DNA from: a virus | Length of the DNA stretch: 64,000 nucleotides | Reading direction: 5' to 3' (one strand) | Virus record (IMG/VR): IMGVR_UViG_3300027509_000012 | Shown here: positions 27,464 through 37,407 of the stretch, piece after piece | Layout of the letters: each line of letters opens with the position of its first letter | Position numbering within the stretch: position 1 is the first letter of the stretch | The notes under the pieces: model-generated | What the model was told of the DNA's origin: nothing | Database searches by the model: none | What the model saw: only the letters and a program-made list of their open reading frames with translations | Made by a program: the position numbers and the translations under genes

Positions 27464-28051
27464 ATGGATATAGACATAGATACTAAAACAGGCTTCGATC
27501 CATCCACCGTATTTCCTGACATTGTGCAAGCCTCCATGCTTGTCGATGATGGGTATAAGAAACATAACGTTGGTTGGTATTTCCAAAACATGCCCAGCGA
27601 TCCAGTAACAAACCTTGCAGCAATCCCATATGACGAAGCAGAACAATATGGATTCTTTAAAATAGATTTCCTATCAATTAATGTATATGATAATTTTAAT
27701 TCTAAATCAGAAATTAGAGAATTGCTTAAATTAGAACCAAACTGGGATTTGTTGTTGGATAAAGAGAACTATCTTAATCTATTCCAGATTCATCGCTATT
27801 TTGATGTAGTTAGCCGTATACGACCACGATCAATACCAGAGTTAGCAGATTGCATTGCACTCATAAGACCCGGCCCACGCTCTCTCTTAGACTCGTATGT
27901 TAATTCTAATCCCGAAGATAGAATTAAAATTAGACCATTAATTTATGATGGGAATTGGGAAGGGTTTTCATTTAAGAAAAGTCATGCCCATGCATACGCA
28001 TTGACAATAGTATTACAGCTTCATTTAATTGATATGGATAAAATTATTTAA
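27464..28051 (+). CDS. DNA polymerase III alpha (DnaE)-like fragment B (catalytic DxD)
   Basis: DIDID, KHNVG, GFFKIDFL, ALIRPGP, FKKSHAHAYA are all DnaE motifs. Confidence 0.85.
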   Translation: MDIDIDTKTGFDPSTVFPDIVQASMLVDDGYKKHNVGWYFQNMPSDPVTNLAAIPYDEAEQYGFFKIDFLSINVYDNFNSKSEIRELLKLEPNWDLLLDKENYLNLFQIHRYFDVVSRIRPRSIPELADCIALIRPGPRSLLDSYVNSNPEDRIKIRPLIYDGNWEGFSFKKSHAHAYALTIVLQLHLIDMDKII

Positions 28052-28487
28052 TAAATTTTTCCGTTATGATCGTATTAGATGGTAAATTAATTTTTTTCCG
28101 CTTTTTCCGTTTAACAGTGGCTATAGCAACTTCAATTGCTGGTAATGGTCCAATAACACGCTCAATAAAGTCTTTATTGAATGATCTATGTAAAACAGTT
28201 GTTTCGTTGGTCAATTGTAGCCGAGCGAACTCATAAGATATTGGAAAGTTCTTTCGTTCTGAATCAGACCATTCATAAGCTATATTTAATATAGTTTCTT
28301 CATCTATATTTTGAGGACCACATAAATCTAGTATATAAGCAGAAATAGTCTTCTCAGTAACACGATCAACGATGGTTAAAAACTTATCACCATTAAATTG
28401 AATGAGAGTTATAAATTTATACCCAGTATAATCAGGTGGGTATTCTTCTCTAATTAATTTACTGATTTTTCGCGTTGACATAGCCAA
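28044..28487 (-). CDS. conserved hypothetical protein
   Basis: Only long ORF in the interval; basic C-terminal KRKKRKK. Confidence 0.6.
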   Translation of the reverse strand: MAMSTRKISKLIREEYPPDYTGYKFITLIQFNGDKFLTIVDRVTEKTISAYILDLCGPQNIDEETILNIAYEWSDSERKNFPISYEFARLQLTNETTVLHRSFNKDFIERVIGPLPAIEVAIATVKRKKRKKINLPSNTIITEKFIK

Positions 28488-28596
28488 TTTCTCTTATTAT
28501 TGTTATTATATTTGTATTTATCTGTGTTTTTTAATGCTGTTATGACGAAAAGTTAATAAATACATTTAAATTTTGTATATTTCGAAGGAATACTAA

Positions 28597-29280
28597 ATGG
28601 CTCGCGAACGTCCAATTAAATTAATTTTAAATGAAGTCACCAAGAAGGAAGAGGCGAGAAATTTTTTAAGACCAATTTTTCGTCGTGGTGACATGCAAAA
28701 AGATGATGTAATAGCAGCTATGATGCAACGATTGAAAATAGCTAACAATACAGCTATAACGTATTACCATATGTTAGCTAAAGATTTAGGAGTTAAAGAT
28801 GACGAAGAAGATAACAAAATGGGGGGTGGTGGATCAGGAGAAGAATCCGATGACATCGATCTATCAGACGAAGATGGAGAACTCGAAGATGACGAAGGTG
28901 GTTTTGGTTCTGAAGAAGATGATTTTGAAACCGCTGGAAACTTCGATACCGATGAAGACGGCAATGTTGTGGTCGATCCAGATGAACTCGAAGATGGGGA
29001 ATTCGTAAAAAACGACGATCCAGACCGACAAGGTGTTATTAGAACAGTTAAAGGCGCTAAGCTAGTTTATAAAAGAGAAAATTCTCAAGGTTTGTACGAT
29101 GAGATGTGGATTTTTAACATTCACACTACATTAAATAAAGAAACTGATATTAAACAAGACATATTAGCTGGTACAGACATTCCACCCAGATCGACTAGAT
29201 CAGAAGATGGCGTACAAAAGTACACATTAACGACTCTAGGAAATGCACAAATATTATTAATTACAAATTTAAGTCAATAA
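28597..29280 (+). CDS. hypothetical protein with acidic linker (probable virion protein)
   Basis: AATAAATA upstream; DDPDRQGVIRTVKGAKLVYKR..G.YDEMWI. Confidence 0.6.
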   Translation: MARERPIKLILNEVTKKEEARNFLRPIFRRGDMQKDDVIAAMMQRLKIANNTAITYYHMLAKDLGVKDDEEDNKMGGGGSGEESDDIDLSDEDGELEDDEGGFGSEEDDFETAGNFDTDEDGNVVVDPDELEDGEFVKNDDPDRQGVIRTVKGAKLVYKRENSQGLYDEMWIFNIHTTLNKETDIKQDILAGTDIPPRSTRSEDGVQKYTLTTLGNAQILLITNLSQ

Positions 29281-29340
29281 AGTATTTGATTTATTGACTT
29301 AGTTATCATATTATAATCACTTGACCATCTGGAGAGTGAT

Positions 29341-29643
29341 ATGCACGAAGAAGAAATTAATGAAGAACACGAATCTAAAGATTCTTTATTAAAAGAAGCA
29401 GCCTCTCAAGAATTAATTGCTCTCCTAGAATCAGGAAAAAATCTCAAAACTGAAATAGAAGAATCATCCACTCGAACAAAAAAATCATATCTTCAAAAAA
29501 AGTTAGATAAAATTAATACTCAAGCTATCCAAATGATAGTGGCAATGGAAACATTAGATGATATTGAACAGCGCAAAGCTGAATCTGATGTAGATATAGA
29601 TGAAGAAGCAATACAAAAATCACTTGATGGAGTAAGTCAATGA
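29341..29643 (+). CDS. hypothetical helical protein
   Basis: GGAG RBS, ORF. Confidence 0.55.
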   Translation: MHEEEINEEHESKDSLLKEAASQELIALLESGKNLKTEIEESSTRTKKSYLQKKLDKINTQAIQMIVAMETLDDIEQRKAESDVDIDEEAIQKSLDGVSQ

Positions 29644-30074
29644 TTGAGAATAGCTTCTCAGACAGGATTATCATAAAACCCAATACATTAAAGCGCTTAG
29701 CTGGTTTGCCAGATACGCATAATGATATGTTGAATCAGGCAAGCGTTGATGATTTTTTCGATAACATTGGTACTGAAACAGTTTCTGTAGAAATAATCAC
29801 TCTAAGTCAATTTAAATATGAAACTACTTTTGATTATGTGTTGGATAAACACACATCTAATTCATTCACAGTTGAACAGATGGCATCGGAAATAGAGAAA
29901 AATTTAAAACGATTCGATAATCTTGTTCCCCATATATTAATTGAAGAAGTTGGTATTTTGGTAGTAATAGATACTGACAAAGTTGATCATGAAGATATAG
30001 AATATGTTTCGCAATTATTATCCAGACTTCCAAGTACAGATGTTGGTTTTGTTTGGCATTACCTAGAGGAATAA
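29640..30074 (+). CDS. hypothetical protein
   Basis: ATGA overlap. Confidence 0.55.
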   Translation: MIENSFSDRIIIKPNTLKRLAGLPDTHNDMLNQASVDDFFDNIGTETVSVEIITLSQFKYETTFDYVLDKHTSNSFTVEQMASEIEKNLKRFDNLVPHILIEEVGILVVIDTDKVDHEDIEYVSQLLSRLPSTDVGFVWHYLEE

Positions 30075-30077
30075 ATT

Positions 30078-30704
30078 ATGTTGTTTGCAGTATCAGGAAG
30101 TCAAGGTAGTGGAAAGAGTACAACATTAGCAATGCTGGAAAGCTTTGGCTATAACGTTTTAAAGCGAAAAATAAGTAGATCTATATTAGACGATTGGAAT
30201 GTTACATTAAATGAAGTTAACACTGATATGGAATTAACATTAAAGTTTCAAGATGAAATTTTAAAACGCAAAGCAGAAGATGAACTTATTGCAGCCAATT
30301 CAGATGATATATATTTTACCGAGCGTGTGTTTACCGATTCGTTTGTATACTATCTTTTTAGTTTTGGTAAAGTATCTGATATGGGTTCTAAAATTAATGA
30401 TTATTACAGTCGATGCGTGGAATATAACAAATACTATGATGGTGTATTTCAACTACCGACTGGTAAGTTTAAAACAGAAGATGATGGTGTGCGAAATGCA
30501 AATCCATTATACGGTGCATCCGTAGACGTTGTATTAAATCATTTTTTAGAAATTGAATTTAATAGAGAATTGGAATTTGATGGCGAAACATTCAAAACGC
30601 CTCGTTTATATAATGTCACTCCAATTGATGCTACCGAACGTGCAAATTTTGTCAGAGGAATTACAGAAAAAATTGTTTTTGAAAAACGTTACAATAATGC
30701 TTGA
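30078..30704 (+). CDS. P-loop NTPase / nucleotide-kinase-like protein (AAA_28-type)
   Basis: AVSGSQGSGKSTTL, FTERVFTD. Confidence 0.7.
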   Translation: MLFAVSGSQGSGKSTTLAMLESFGYNVLKRKISRSILDDWNVTLNEVNTDMELTLKFQDEILKRKAEDELIAANSDDIYFTERVFTDSFVYYLFSFGKVSDMGSKINDYYSRCVEYNKYYDGVFQLPTGKFKTEDDGVRNANPLYGASVDVVLNHFLEIEFNRELEFDGETFKTPRLYNVTPIDATERANFVRGITEKIVFEKRYNNA

Positions 30705-30789
30705 CAGTTCACAAAAGATATATTATTCTGTGCGGCATCACAAGTATTTAGTGATTGATCAAAATTAATTTATTTCAGGAGAATATTCT

Positions 30790-30996
30790 ATGGCAAAATC
30801 TAAAAGTTTAGCTACACCACAAGCAGTAAAAGCAACATACCCATCCAGTCATACAGTACGGTTTACATCTATTCGTAGTGCAAGCCGGTCACTGACAGGT
30901 AATGGTTCAGATGCTCTAAGCACCAGCATTCGCCGCCGATTGAAAGAAGGTGGTGGATACGTAGGCAATGACGTTTATGTAGAAGCTGTAAACTAA
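30790..30996 (+). CDS. small hypothetical protein
   Basis: AGGAG RBS; followed by terminator. Confidence 0.6.
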   Translation: MAKSKSLATPQAVKATYPSSHTVRFTSIRSASRSLTGNGSDALSTSIRRRLKEGGGYVGNDVYVEAVN

Positions 30997-31020
30997 ACAA
31001 TCTACTTGTTATGTAGTATC

Positions 31021-31054
31021 AAAGGGCGACTTTATTGGTCGCCTTTTTTGTTTT
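31021..31054 (+). terminator. Rho-independent terminator
   Basis: AGGGCGAC-tttattg-GTCGCCTT followed by T-run. Confidence 0.8.
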
Positions 31055-31177
31055 AGAAATAAAAATAAGCATAAGAGCGTTTTGTGAACAACACGTCAGA
31101 AAAAATTAATTACATAGTTCAGAATTACCGCACTGACAGATGACAACAAATTACTACTACATAGGAATTAAAGATTT

Positions 31178-32482
31178 ATGAGTACAGCAACTAAAACAAA
31201 ACCAATGGACGTTAATACTACATTGAATGACAAGATTGACTTTTGGATTGAACATGATCTGAATGTATTGTTCACCGGCACACAGGGTGTTGGTAAATCA
31301 ACCATTATGGAAGAATCCTTCCGTCGCAATAACGTCAACTATAAGTATTTCACTGCATCGTTGATGGATCCGTACCTAACACTAATCGGCGTTCCTAAAG
31401 AACAGAAGAACGAAAAGACTGGTGAATCATTTCTTGAATACATCAAACCTAAAGAATTTAGCACCGATGCTGACTATGGTGTAGAAGCTATTTTCTTCGA
31501 CGAATTTAATCGAGCTGGTCCTGCCGTTCGAAATGCCGTTATGGAATTGATTCAATTCAAATCTATCAATGGTGTTCGTCTTCCAAATCTTCGCTTTGTT
31601 TGGGCAGCTATCAACCCTGCCGATGATGAAGAAACATTTGATGTTCATGAACTTGATCCAGCACAAAAAGATCGATTCCATGTTCAATACGTTCTTGAGA
31701 ACAAGCCTTGTCCTATTTATTTTAAAGATAAATTTGGTAGTCACATTGCTAAGGTAGCAATCAAGTGGTGGAACGCTATTCCAGAAGAAATCAACAAACA
31801 CGTATCTCCACGTCGCTTAGACTACGCACTAGAAATGTATCAGCGTGGTGGTGATGTAAGTGATTCACTAGTTCCAGATTCACGTCCAGCCGATCTTATT
31901 CGTAAGCTACAGGATATGACAGCAGGTGAAGGTTCCAACATTGATCGTTGGGCATCTGATCCACAATCATTCTTGAATGAGATAACAGATCGAAATGATC
32001 CAATGCCTGACGATAAGGTTGTTGAAGCGTTTCGTGATCTTAAAAACTACTCTATCGATATGTCGGTTGATTTGGTTGCAAGTCTGCTACCAGAACAGCT
32101 TCGAGCATTGACACAGCAGCACGATACTGTTGATATACTACTTCGTAACATGAACGGTATTAAGAGTGAGACTGTTAAATCAGCGCTTGAAGAAGGTACT
32201 TGGTACGAGCAACACCGAGACTTTGTTTATGATCGTTGTGAAAAGGCATCATCAGCAGAATTCTCTAAAGCATTCAAAGATGGTGATCTTGATGGTATGT
32301 TACAACACAAAGGCACTGGTTATACGTATCAAGTGATCCTGATGTGGGCCAAAGATAACATGGATGAATTTCCAATGGATATCATGCGAGACATGTACAA
32401 AGAGAAGCCAAAACTTCTTGTATACCTGACACAGTGGGATTATGAATTGTCAGCCAAACTGTTTGAAGCTAAAAGCGTTTAA
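31178..32482 (+). CDS. MoxR-like AAA+ ATPase
   Basis: GTQGVGKS, FFDEFNRA, VRNAVMEL, WAAINP, LDPAQKDRF, SPRRLD. Confidence 0.85.
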   Translation: MSTATKTKPMDVNTTLNDKIDFWIEHDLNVLFTGTQGVGKSTIMEESFRRNNVNYKYFTASLMDPYLTLIGVPKEQKNEKTGESFLEYIKPKEFSTDADYGVEAIFFDEFNRAGPAVRNAVMELIQFKSINGVRLPNLRFVWAAINPADDEETFDVHELDPAQKDRFHVQYVLENKPCPIYFKDKFGSHIAKVAIKWWNAIPEEINKHVSPRRLDYALEMYQRGGDVSDSLVPDSRPADLIRKLQDMTAGEGSNIDRWASDPQSFLNEITDRNDPMPDDKVVEAFRDLKNYSIDMSVDLVASLLPEQLRALTQQHDTVDILLRNMNGIKSETVKSALEEGTWYEQHRDFVYDRCEKASSAEFSKAFKDGDLDGMLQHKGTGYTYQVILMWAKDNMDEFPMDIMRDMYKEKPKLLVYLTQWDYELSAKLFEAKSV

Positions 32483-32514
32483 GCAGTAAGGGATAACCCA
32501 TGTAGTAGTGCTGG

Positions 32515-32550
32515 AAGGGGCTGGAATCATTGATTCTCAGTCCCTTTTGG
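32515..32550 (+). terminator. probable intrinsic terminator
   Basis: AAGGGGCTG-GAATCA-t-TGATTC-t-CAGTCCCTT then TTGGTTT. Confidence 0.6.
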
Positions 32551-32625
32551 TTTATGATACTTGAAACACACAAAATTAATTAATTTTCTATATAATACCC
32601 ACATTACATAACGGGATACGAACAA

Positions 32626-33963
32626 ATGGCTTTAATGAAAAAAATTCCAAAGAAAGAACGAATGGCGATTATCGATCAGCTAGAAGAACGAAATCTATTC
32701 TTTCGAAAGTTTTGGGGTTGTTCAGATATATTCTGGACTGATGTAATTCCTACCGCTGCTGTTACTAGTGTAAATGGTAGAATTCAATTCCTATTCAACC
32801 CTGAGTTCTGGGAAAGCCTATCTGAACGTGCTCGATTGTTCGTGGTATGCCATGAGCAATTACACCTTTTGAATAATCACTTCAGTCGTATGAAGTTCCA
32901 AGAAGGTAACGCACAATTAAAAAACGTAGCTGCCGATGTAGCTATAAACGAATTGCTGGTTAGACATTTTGAATTTGAAAAAACCGATCTTCCTGACTGG
33001 AAAAACTATTGCTGGTTAGAAACTACGTTTAAAGATCCTAAGTTTGATTTTGTTTCTGATAATGAAACAGCAGAATACTATTACTCTATTCTTTTAGCTC
33101 AACAAGAAGAAAGACAAAAAGAGCTTGCAGAAAAAATTCGCAACGGTGAAGTCAAAGTAGTTCCCGGTGAAAGCATGGAAGGTGATGGTGAAGGTCTACC
33201 AATGCCTTTGGATGATCATCAGTTTTCAGCACAAGAACAAGATCAATTGTCTGATGAATTGCGTGAAGCTATTGAAGAAGCACTTGAGGAATATGAAGAA
33301 AATAATCCAAAAAGTAAAGAAATCAAGCAAGCTGCTAAGCGAATAGAATATCGCAAAGGTAAAAAAGCTGGTAATGTTCATGGCTTGGATTCAATGCAAT
33401 ATAACTTTCCTGTACCTAAACGTAAAAGCTGGAAAGCTCTATGGTTGAAGCTTTGTAAAAGTGTGCATGATCAAAAACAACACGGCCATTGGGCTTTTAT
33501 TGATCGTAGAATGGTTTTACTTAAAACTGGCGTTGATTTACCCGGCGAACATGTTAAAGAATTTACGAAAAAAACTAAAGTATTAATCTATCTTGATACT
33601 TCTGGGTCATGTGTTAATGACAGCGAGTTTTTCTTGAATAATGCAATGTCATTACCAAGAGATTTGTTTGAAGTTAAATATTTTGGCTTTGACACTGAAG
33701 TATATTCAATAGCTAAAAACCCACCATATAACTTACAAGGTGGTGGTGGTACTTCATTCAACTGTATTCGTGATCATGTAGAAAACGAAAATGGTTATTA
33801 TGATGCTGTATTTGTATTTACCGATGGATGTGCTGGTCGAACTACACCAGAATACCCTAAGAAATGGGTTTGGTTTATAACTCCAGATGGCACAGAAGAC
33901 GCAACATCTATTGGTAGTAAGGTTTATCGTCTAGGCGATAAAGGAATGGAGTGGAGAAAATAG
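32626..33963 (+). CDS. DUF2201-type metallopeptidase + vWA domain protein
   Basis: HEQLHLLNNH (HExxH), NVAADVAIN, MIDAS DTSGS, GGGGTSF, FTDG. Confidence 0.85.
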   Translation: MALMKKIPKKERMAIIDQLEERNLFFRKFWGCSDIFWTDVIPTAAVTSVNGRIQFLFNPEFWESLSERARLFVVCHEQLHLLNNHFSRMKFQEGNAQLKNVAADVAINELLVRHFEFEKTDLPDWKNYCWLETTFKDPKFDFVSDNETAEYYYSILLAQQEERQKELAEKIRNGEVKVVPGESMEGDGEGLPMPLDDHQFSAQEQDQLSDELREAIEEALEEYEENNPKSKEIKQAAKRIEYRKGKKAGNVHGLDSMQYNFPVPKRKSWKALWLKLCKSVHDQKQHGHWAFIDRRMVLLKTGVDLPGEHVKEFTKKTKVLIYLDTSGSCVNDSEFFLNNAMSLPRDLFEVKYFGFDTEVYSIAKNPPYNLQGGGGTSFNCIRDHVENENGYYDAVFVFTDGCAGRTTPEYPKKWVWFITPDGTEDATSIGSKVYRLGDKGMEWRK

Positions 33964-33964
33964 A

Positions 33965-34606
33965 ATGGCGATGAACTTTGAATTTATACTAGGTTTGGAT
34001 TGTGAAACAACTGGAGTCTGTGTAAAGAACAATGATCCATTATATAACAAAAAAACCAAAGAGAAACATCAAGCTCTCTCTTGGGGTTTTCTTGTTATTG
34101 ATGCACTCACATATAAAGTGATTGAAAAATTGTATCTTGAAGTTAAGTGGAACGAGGAATCAATTCAACAAAAAGAAAAAGATCCTGAGTTTGGTCAATA
34201 CGCAGTAAACATTCATGGTCTATCCCAAGATTATCTGGACGTAAATGGTGTCGATGAAGAAGAAGCTGTAAGACAAATTGCTAACTTGATAATTAAATAT
34301 TGGGGTACAAGCTCACCATTAAACTGTCTTGGACATAATGTACATTTTGATATTCGATTTTTACAGGATGTATTTGAACGTCACGAACTTACTCTTAGAT
34401 TCAGTCAACGTCATGTAGATTCATTCTCGTTAGCACATCCACTTTGGAATGCTCATAACTCTGATGAATTATTTAATTTATTGGTTGGTACGGAAAGGAA
34501 AGACCATAATGCTTTGGAAGATATCGAAATGACTTTGGAATCAATAAAAGTCACTCGTGATCTATTCACTAAGTTTTTATCGGAAAATAATATCGAGCGA
34601 CTATAA
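33965..34606 (+). CDS. DEDDh 3'-5' exonuclease (DnaQ-like)
   Basis: LDCETTG, GHNVHFD, HNALED. Confidence 0.85.
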   Translation: MAMNFEFILGLDCETTGVCVKNNDPLYNKKTKEKHQALSWGFLVIDALTYKVIEKLYLEVKWNEESIQQKEKDPEFGQYAVNIHGLSQDYLDVNGVDEEEAVRQIANLIIKYWGTSSPLNCLGHNVHFDIRFLQDVFERHELTLRFSQRHVDSFSLAHPLWNAHNSDELFNLLVGTERKDHNALEDIEMTLESIKVTRDLFTKFLSENNIERL

Positions 34607-34609
34607 ATA
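34602..34609 (+). promoter_or_regulatory. T4-like late promoter TATAAATA
   Basis: Exact consensus ~30 nt before ATG 34639. Confidence 0.55.
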
Positions 34610-34638
34610 CTATATAATTAATTATTATAGGTTTTATT

Positions 34639-34866
34639 ATGTCAGCATTAAAAGAATTATTATCTGAAGCTCGTAAGCGCAGAGTTGCCAACGTAGGCAC
34701 TAAGGCTGAAAAGGATGAAGCTATGGGCGGTCGCACTAATAACTTCGTAGCCAAGAACTCACAGAACATGACAGGCGCTGGAGCGCACGAAGATAAAAAT
34801 GGCAAGAAAGCATCCAGAAATCGCCAGAAGCGAGACTGGAAAAAAGAGGCCAAATCAGAATATTGA
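34639..34866 (+). CDS. small basic protein with MSALKELLSE leader
   Basis: Late promoter, shared leader. Confidence 0.6.
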   Translation: MSALKELLSEARKRRVANVGTKAEKDEAMGGRTNNFVAKNSQNMTGAGAHEDKNGKKASRNRQKRDWKKEAKSEY

Positions 34867-34997
34867 ACCAGTCGAGGTTTTTCGTTAATTAAAAATTAAT
34901 TTTAAATTAATTTTGTGAATTAATAGATTGTCTCTCACTCCCGTATCATTTACAATGTCCGTATTGATATTAACAAGTAATAACAACGGGAAAAGAC

Positions 34998-37403
34998 ATG
35001 AAGATCAACAAGACGAAATCACAGGTTTTACGTGGAGGCGCAGTAGGCGCTGAAACAAGTTTTTCACTAAATCAAAGTCAACACGCATTTGAAATTCTAA
35101 GTTCTGGTCTATACACAGACTCTGTAAATGCGATTGTTCGAGAATTATCATCAAACGCATACGATTCACATCGTATCAACGGTAACGCCGATGAGCCGTT
35201 TGAAATTCATATTCCAAGTACACTAGAACCATACTTCTCTATTCGAGATTTTGGTACTGGTCTTTCACCCGAAGATGTAAAGGGTTTATATTCAACTTAT
35301 TTTGAAACAACTAAATCTGCATCAAATGATTTTATTGGTGGATTTGGTCTTGGTTCAAAAACTCCATTTTCTTACACAGATAATTTTCAAGTCACATCTT
35401 ACATGGATGGTACTGCCTACATGTTTGCAGTATTTGTTGAAGATGGTTATCCTAAGATTGCTGAAATGGGTTCAAAAGATACTCCAGAGCGCAACGGTCT
35501 TGATGTTCGTATATCTTCTTCTGAGACAGAGCGATTCGTAACAGCGATTGAACACTTCACCGCATACTTTACCGTTCGCCCTACAATTAAAAATTACAGC
35601 GAAACAATGTATGATGAAGATAATGTTCGTAATAAATCAGATTCAAACTTAAACGATCCTGATGGTGAATGGATGTTTGCTTCTAGATTGTCTGGTTGGG
35701 GTAACGACAATAAAGTTGGTGCCATATACGGTCAAGTTCCATATCCTGTAGATTATTCTTTGGTTCAGCAACAACTAGAGAAGCGTATTTCAGAAGAAGC
35801 ATTAACAATGTATAAAGCACTTGCACCATATGTAGTGTTCTTGTTCGATGTTGGTGAAATATCAGTTACAGCTAACCGCGAAGATATGAAGTATGATGAT
35901 GTTACGATTAAATCATTTGCATCTAAAATCAAAAAACTGCATAAGTTTTTTAATGATACTGTTCGTGAGACTGTTGAGAATTACGAAAAGAATAATTCAT
36001 TGACTGCTATATATACGCATTTAATGGATAATGTATTCCCTGATTCTGAGTATCTTGGATTTATCGATTATGACAGCATAGATTGTCCTGAGTTTTCACA
36101 GGTCAAAGATATGCTTGGTGGTTACAATAAAGATTATATTAATCGTTCTATCAACCACATCCCAGATGAAATTATGACTACGATCTTCAAAGGATTTTCT
36201 TTGTCGTATCTTAAAGAATCAACTTCTAGAAAAACTCATGAAAATCTTGTATCAGTAACATCTAAGTTGCCTAGTAATAGATTACTAGAGGGTCAAGGAA
36301 CGCAATTTCAGTTTATCGTTGTAGATGAACATAGACTTGGTGTTGCCAAAGCAAAACAATATGCTCTTGACAACTATGATGAAGTTGGTCATTTTGTTTT
36401 GATCAAAGCCGATAACAAAGATGCATTAGAATCTGTTGATTATCCACAAAAAATCGAAGCTATTCGTAACTGGTTGTTGAATCCAGAATTATTGTTTGTT
36501 AGTAACATGACATACACTAAGCCTGAAAGAGTCAAATCAATTACCACAAGCAGTGGCAAACAGCGTGTGGTTAGTGGTGCAACATATCAGTCAGATTACA
36601 ATATTAGTAGCTGGCATGTTCGTGATTCTTCTATTGATATGGAGAAGGGCGGCGTATATGTATATGTAGCTGGTGGGAACAATGTGTATTTTGGTAGTAA
36701 AGCAAAACCAGAATTTGCAGCAGCATATAAACTTCCAGAATATACAAAGACTAAAGCATTGGTTACGCTTTACAATGACTCAAAGAGTGACACTTCAGAT
36801 CATATAGAAACGTCTGACATTATAGGTGTATCAGCAGCCGATATTAAATTGTTTGATGCGGATGAAAACTGGACGAACATCTTTGATGTGATTCGTCCAC
36901 AGGCTACAAGCGATATAGAAAGATATGCTGATATGAATTCTGAATATTTTTCTTTGAAATCTTCTGCTTTGGGATTTACAACTGTGCAGTTTAGTTATTC
37001 ACATGATACGAATAATGAAATTATAAAGTTTGCTTCATATCTTGCTGATACGATTGTAAATGGTGATACATTAGTTGATGATTTTCCTAATTTAGCACAT
37101 ACTACATTAATTAAAAATGCTAAATTGCTGGCCGCTAATATCACCCGAAGAACTGAATTGGAAAATTATGCTGAAGGGGAATTTTTCAAAACAGTTAAAG
37201 GCTTGTGTACCACCAACACTAGCGATATTGAATCGAATACTAGTAACCCAGATTACATTACTTCTTTCATTGATAATATGATAGAAGACACTGCAAAGGC
37301 GTATCCAATGATGCGATATATGAACAGTGTTCACACAACTGAACTTAGATTAGTGTTAGAATACGCTGATATGATCGAAACCAACAAATTGAATAAGGGA
37401 TAA
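34998..37403 (+). CDS. rIIA: rIIA-like protein
   Basis: LSSGLYTD..AIVRELSSNAYDS, IRDFGTGLS, TK..SND.IGGFGLGSK; precedes rIIB. Confidence 0.88.
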   Translation: MKINKTKSQVLRGGAVGAETSFSLNQSQHAFEILSSGLYTDSVNAIVRELSSNAYDSHRINGNADEPFEIHIPSTLEPYFSIRDFGTGLSPEDVKGLYSTYFETTKSASNDFIGGFGLGSKTPFSYTDNFQVTSYMDGTAYMFAVFVEDGYPKIAEMGSKDTPERNGLDVRISSSETERFVTAIEHFTAYFTVRPTIKNYSETMYDEDNVRNKSDSNLNDPDGEWMFASRLSGWGNDNKVGAIYGQVPYPVDYSLVQQQLEKRISEEALTMYKALAPYVVFLFDVGEISVTANREDMKYDDVTIKSFASKIKKLHKFFNDTVRETVENYEKNNSLTAIYTHLMDNVFPDSEYLGFIDYDSIDCPEFSQVKDMLGGYNKDYINRSINHIPDEIMTTIFKGFSLSYLKESTSRKTHENLVSVTSKLPSNRLLEGQGTQFQFIVVDEHRLGVAKAKQYALDNYDEVGHFVLIKADNKDALESVDYPQKIEAIRNWLLNPELLFVSNMTYTKPERVKSITTSSGKQRVVSGATYQSDYNISSWHVRDSSIDMEKGGVYVYVAGGNNVYFGSKAKPEFAAAYKLPEYTKTKALVTLYNDSKSDTSDHIETSDIIGVSAADIKLFDADENWTNIFDVIRPQATSDIERYADMNSEYFSLKSSALGFTTVQFSYSHDTNNEIIKFASYLADTIVNGDTLVDDFPNLAHTTLIKNAKLLAANITRRTELENYAEGEFFKTVKGLCTTNTSDIESNTSNPDYITSFIDNMIEDTAKAYPMMRYMNSVHTTELRLVLEYADMIETNKLNKG

Positions 37404-37407
37404 GAAC

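Noticed and set aside
32483-32560. tRNA-like or ncRNA in the MoxR-vWA gap
   Set aside because: Only a terminator-like hairpin can be supported.
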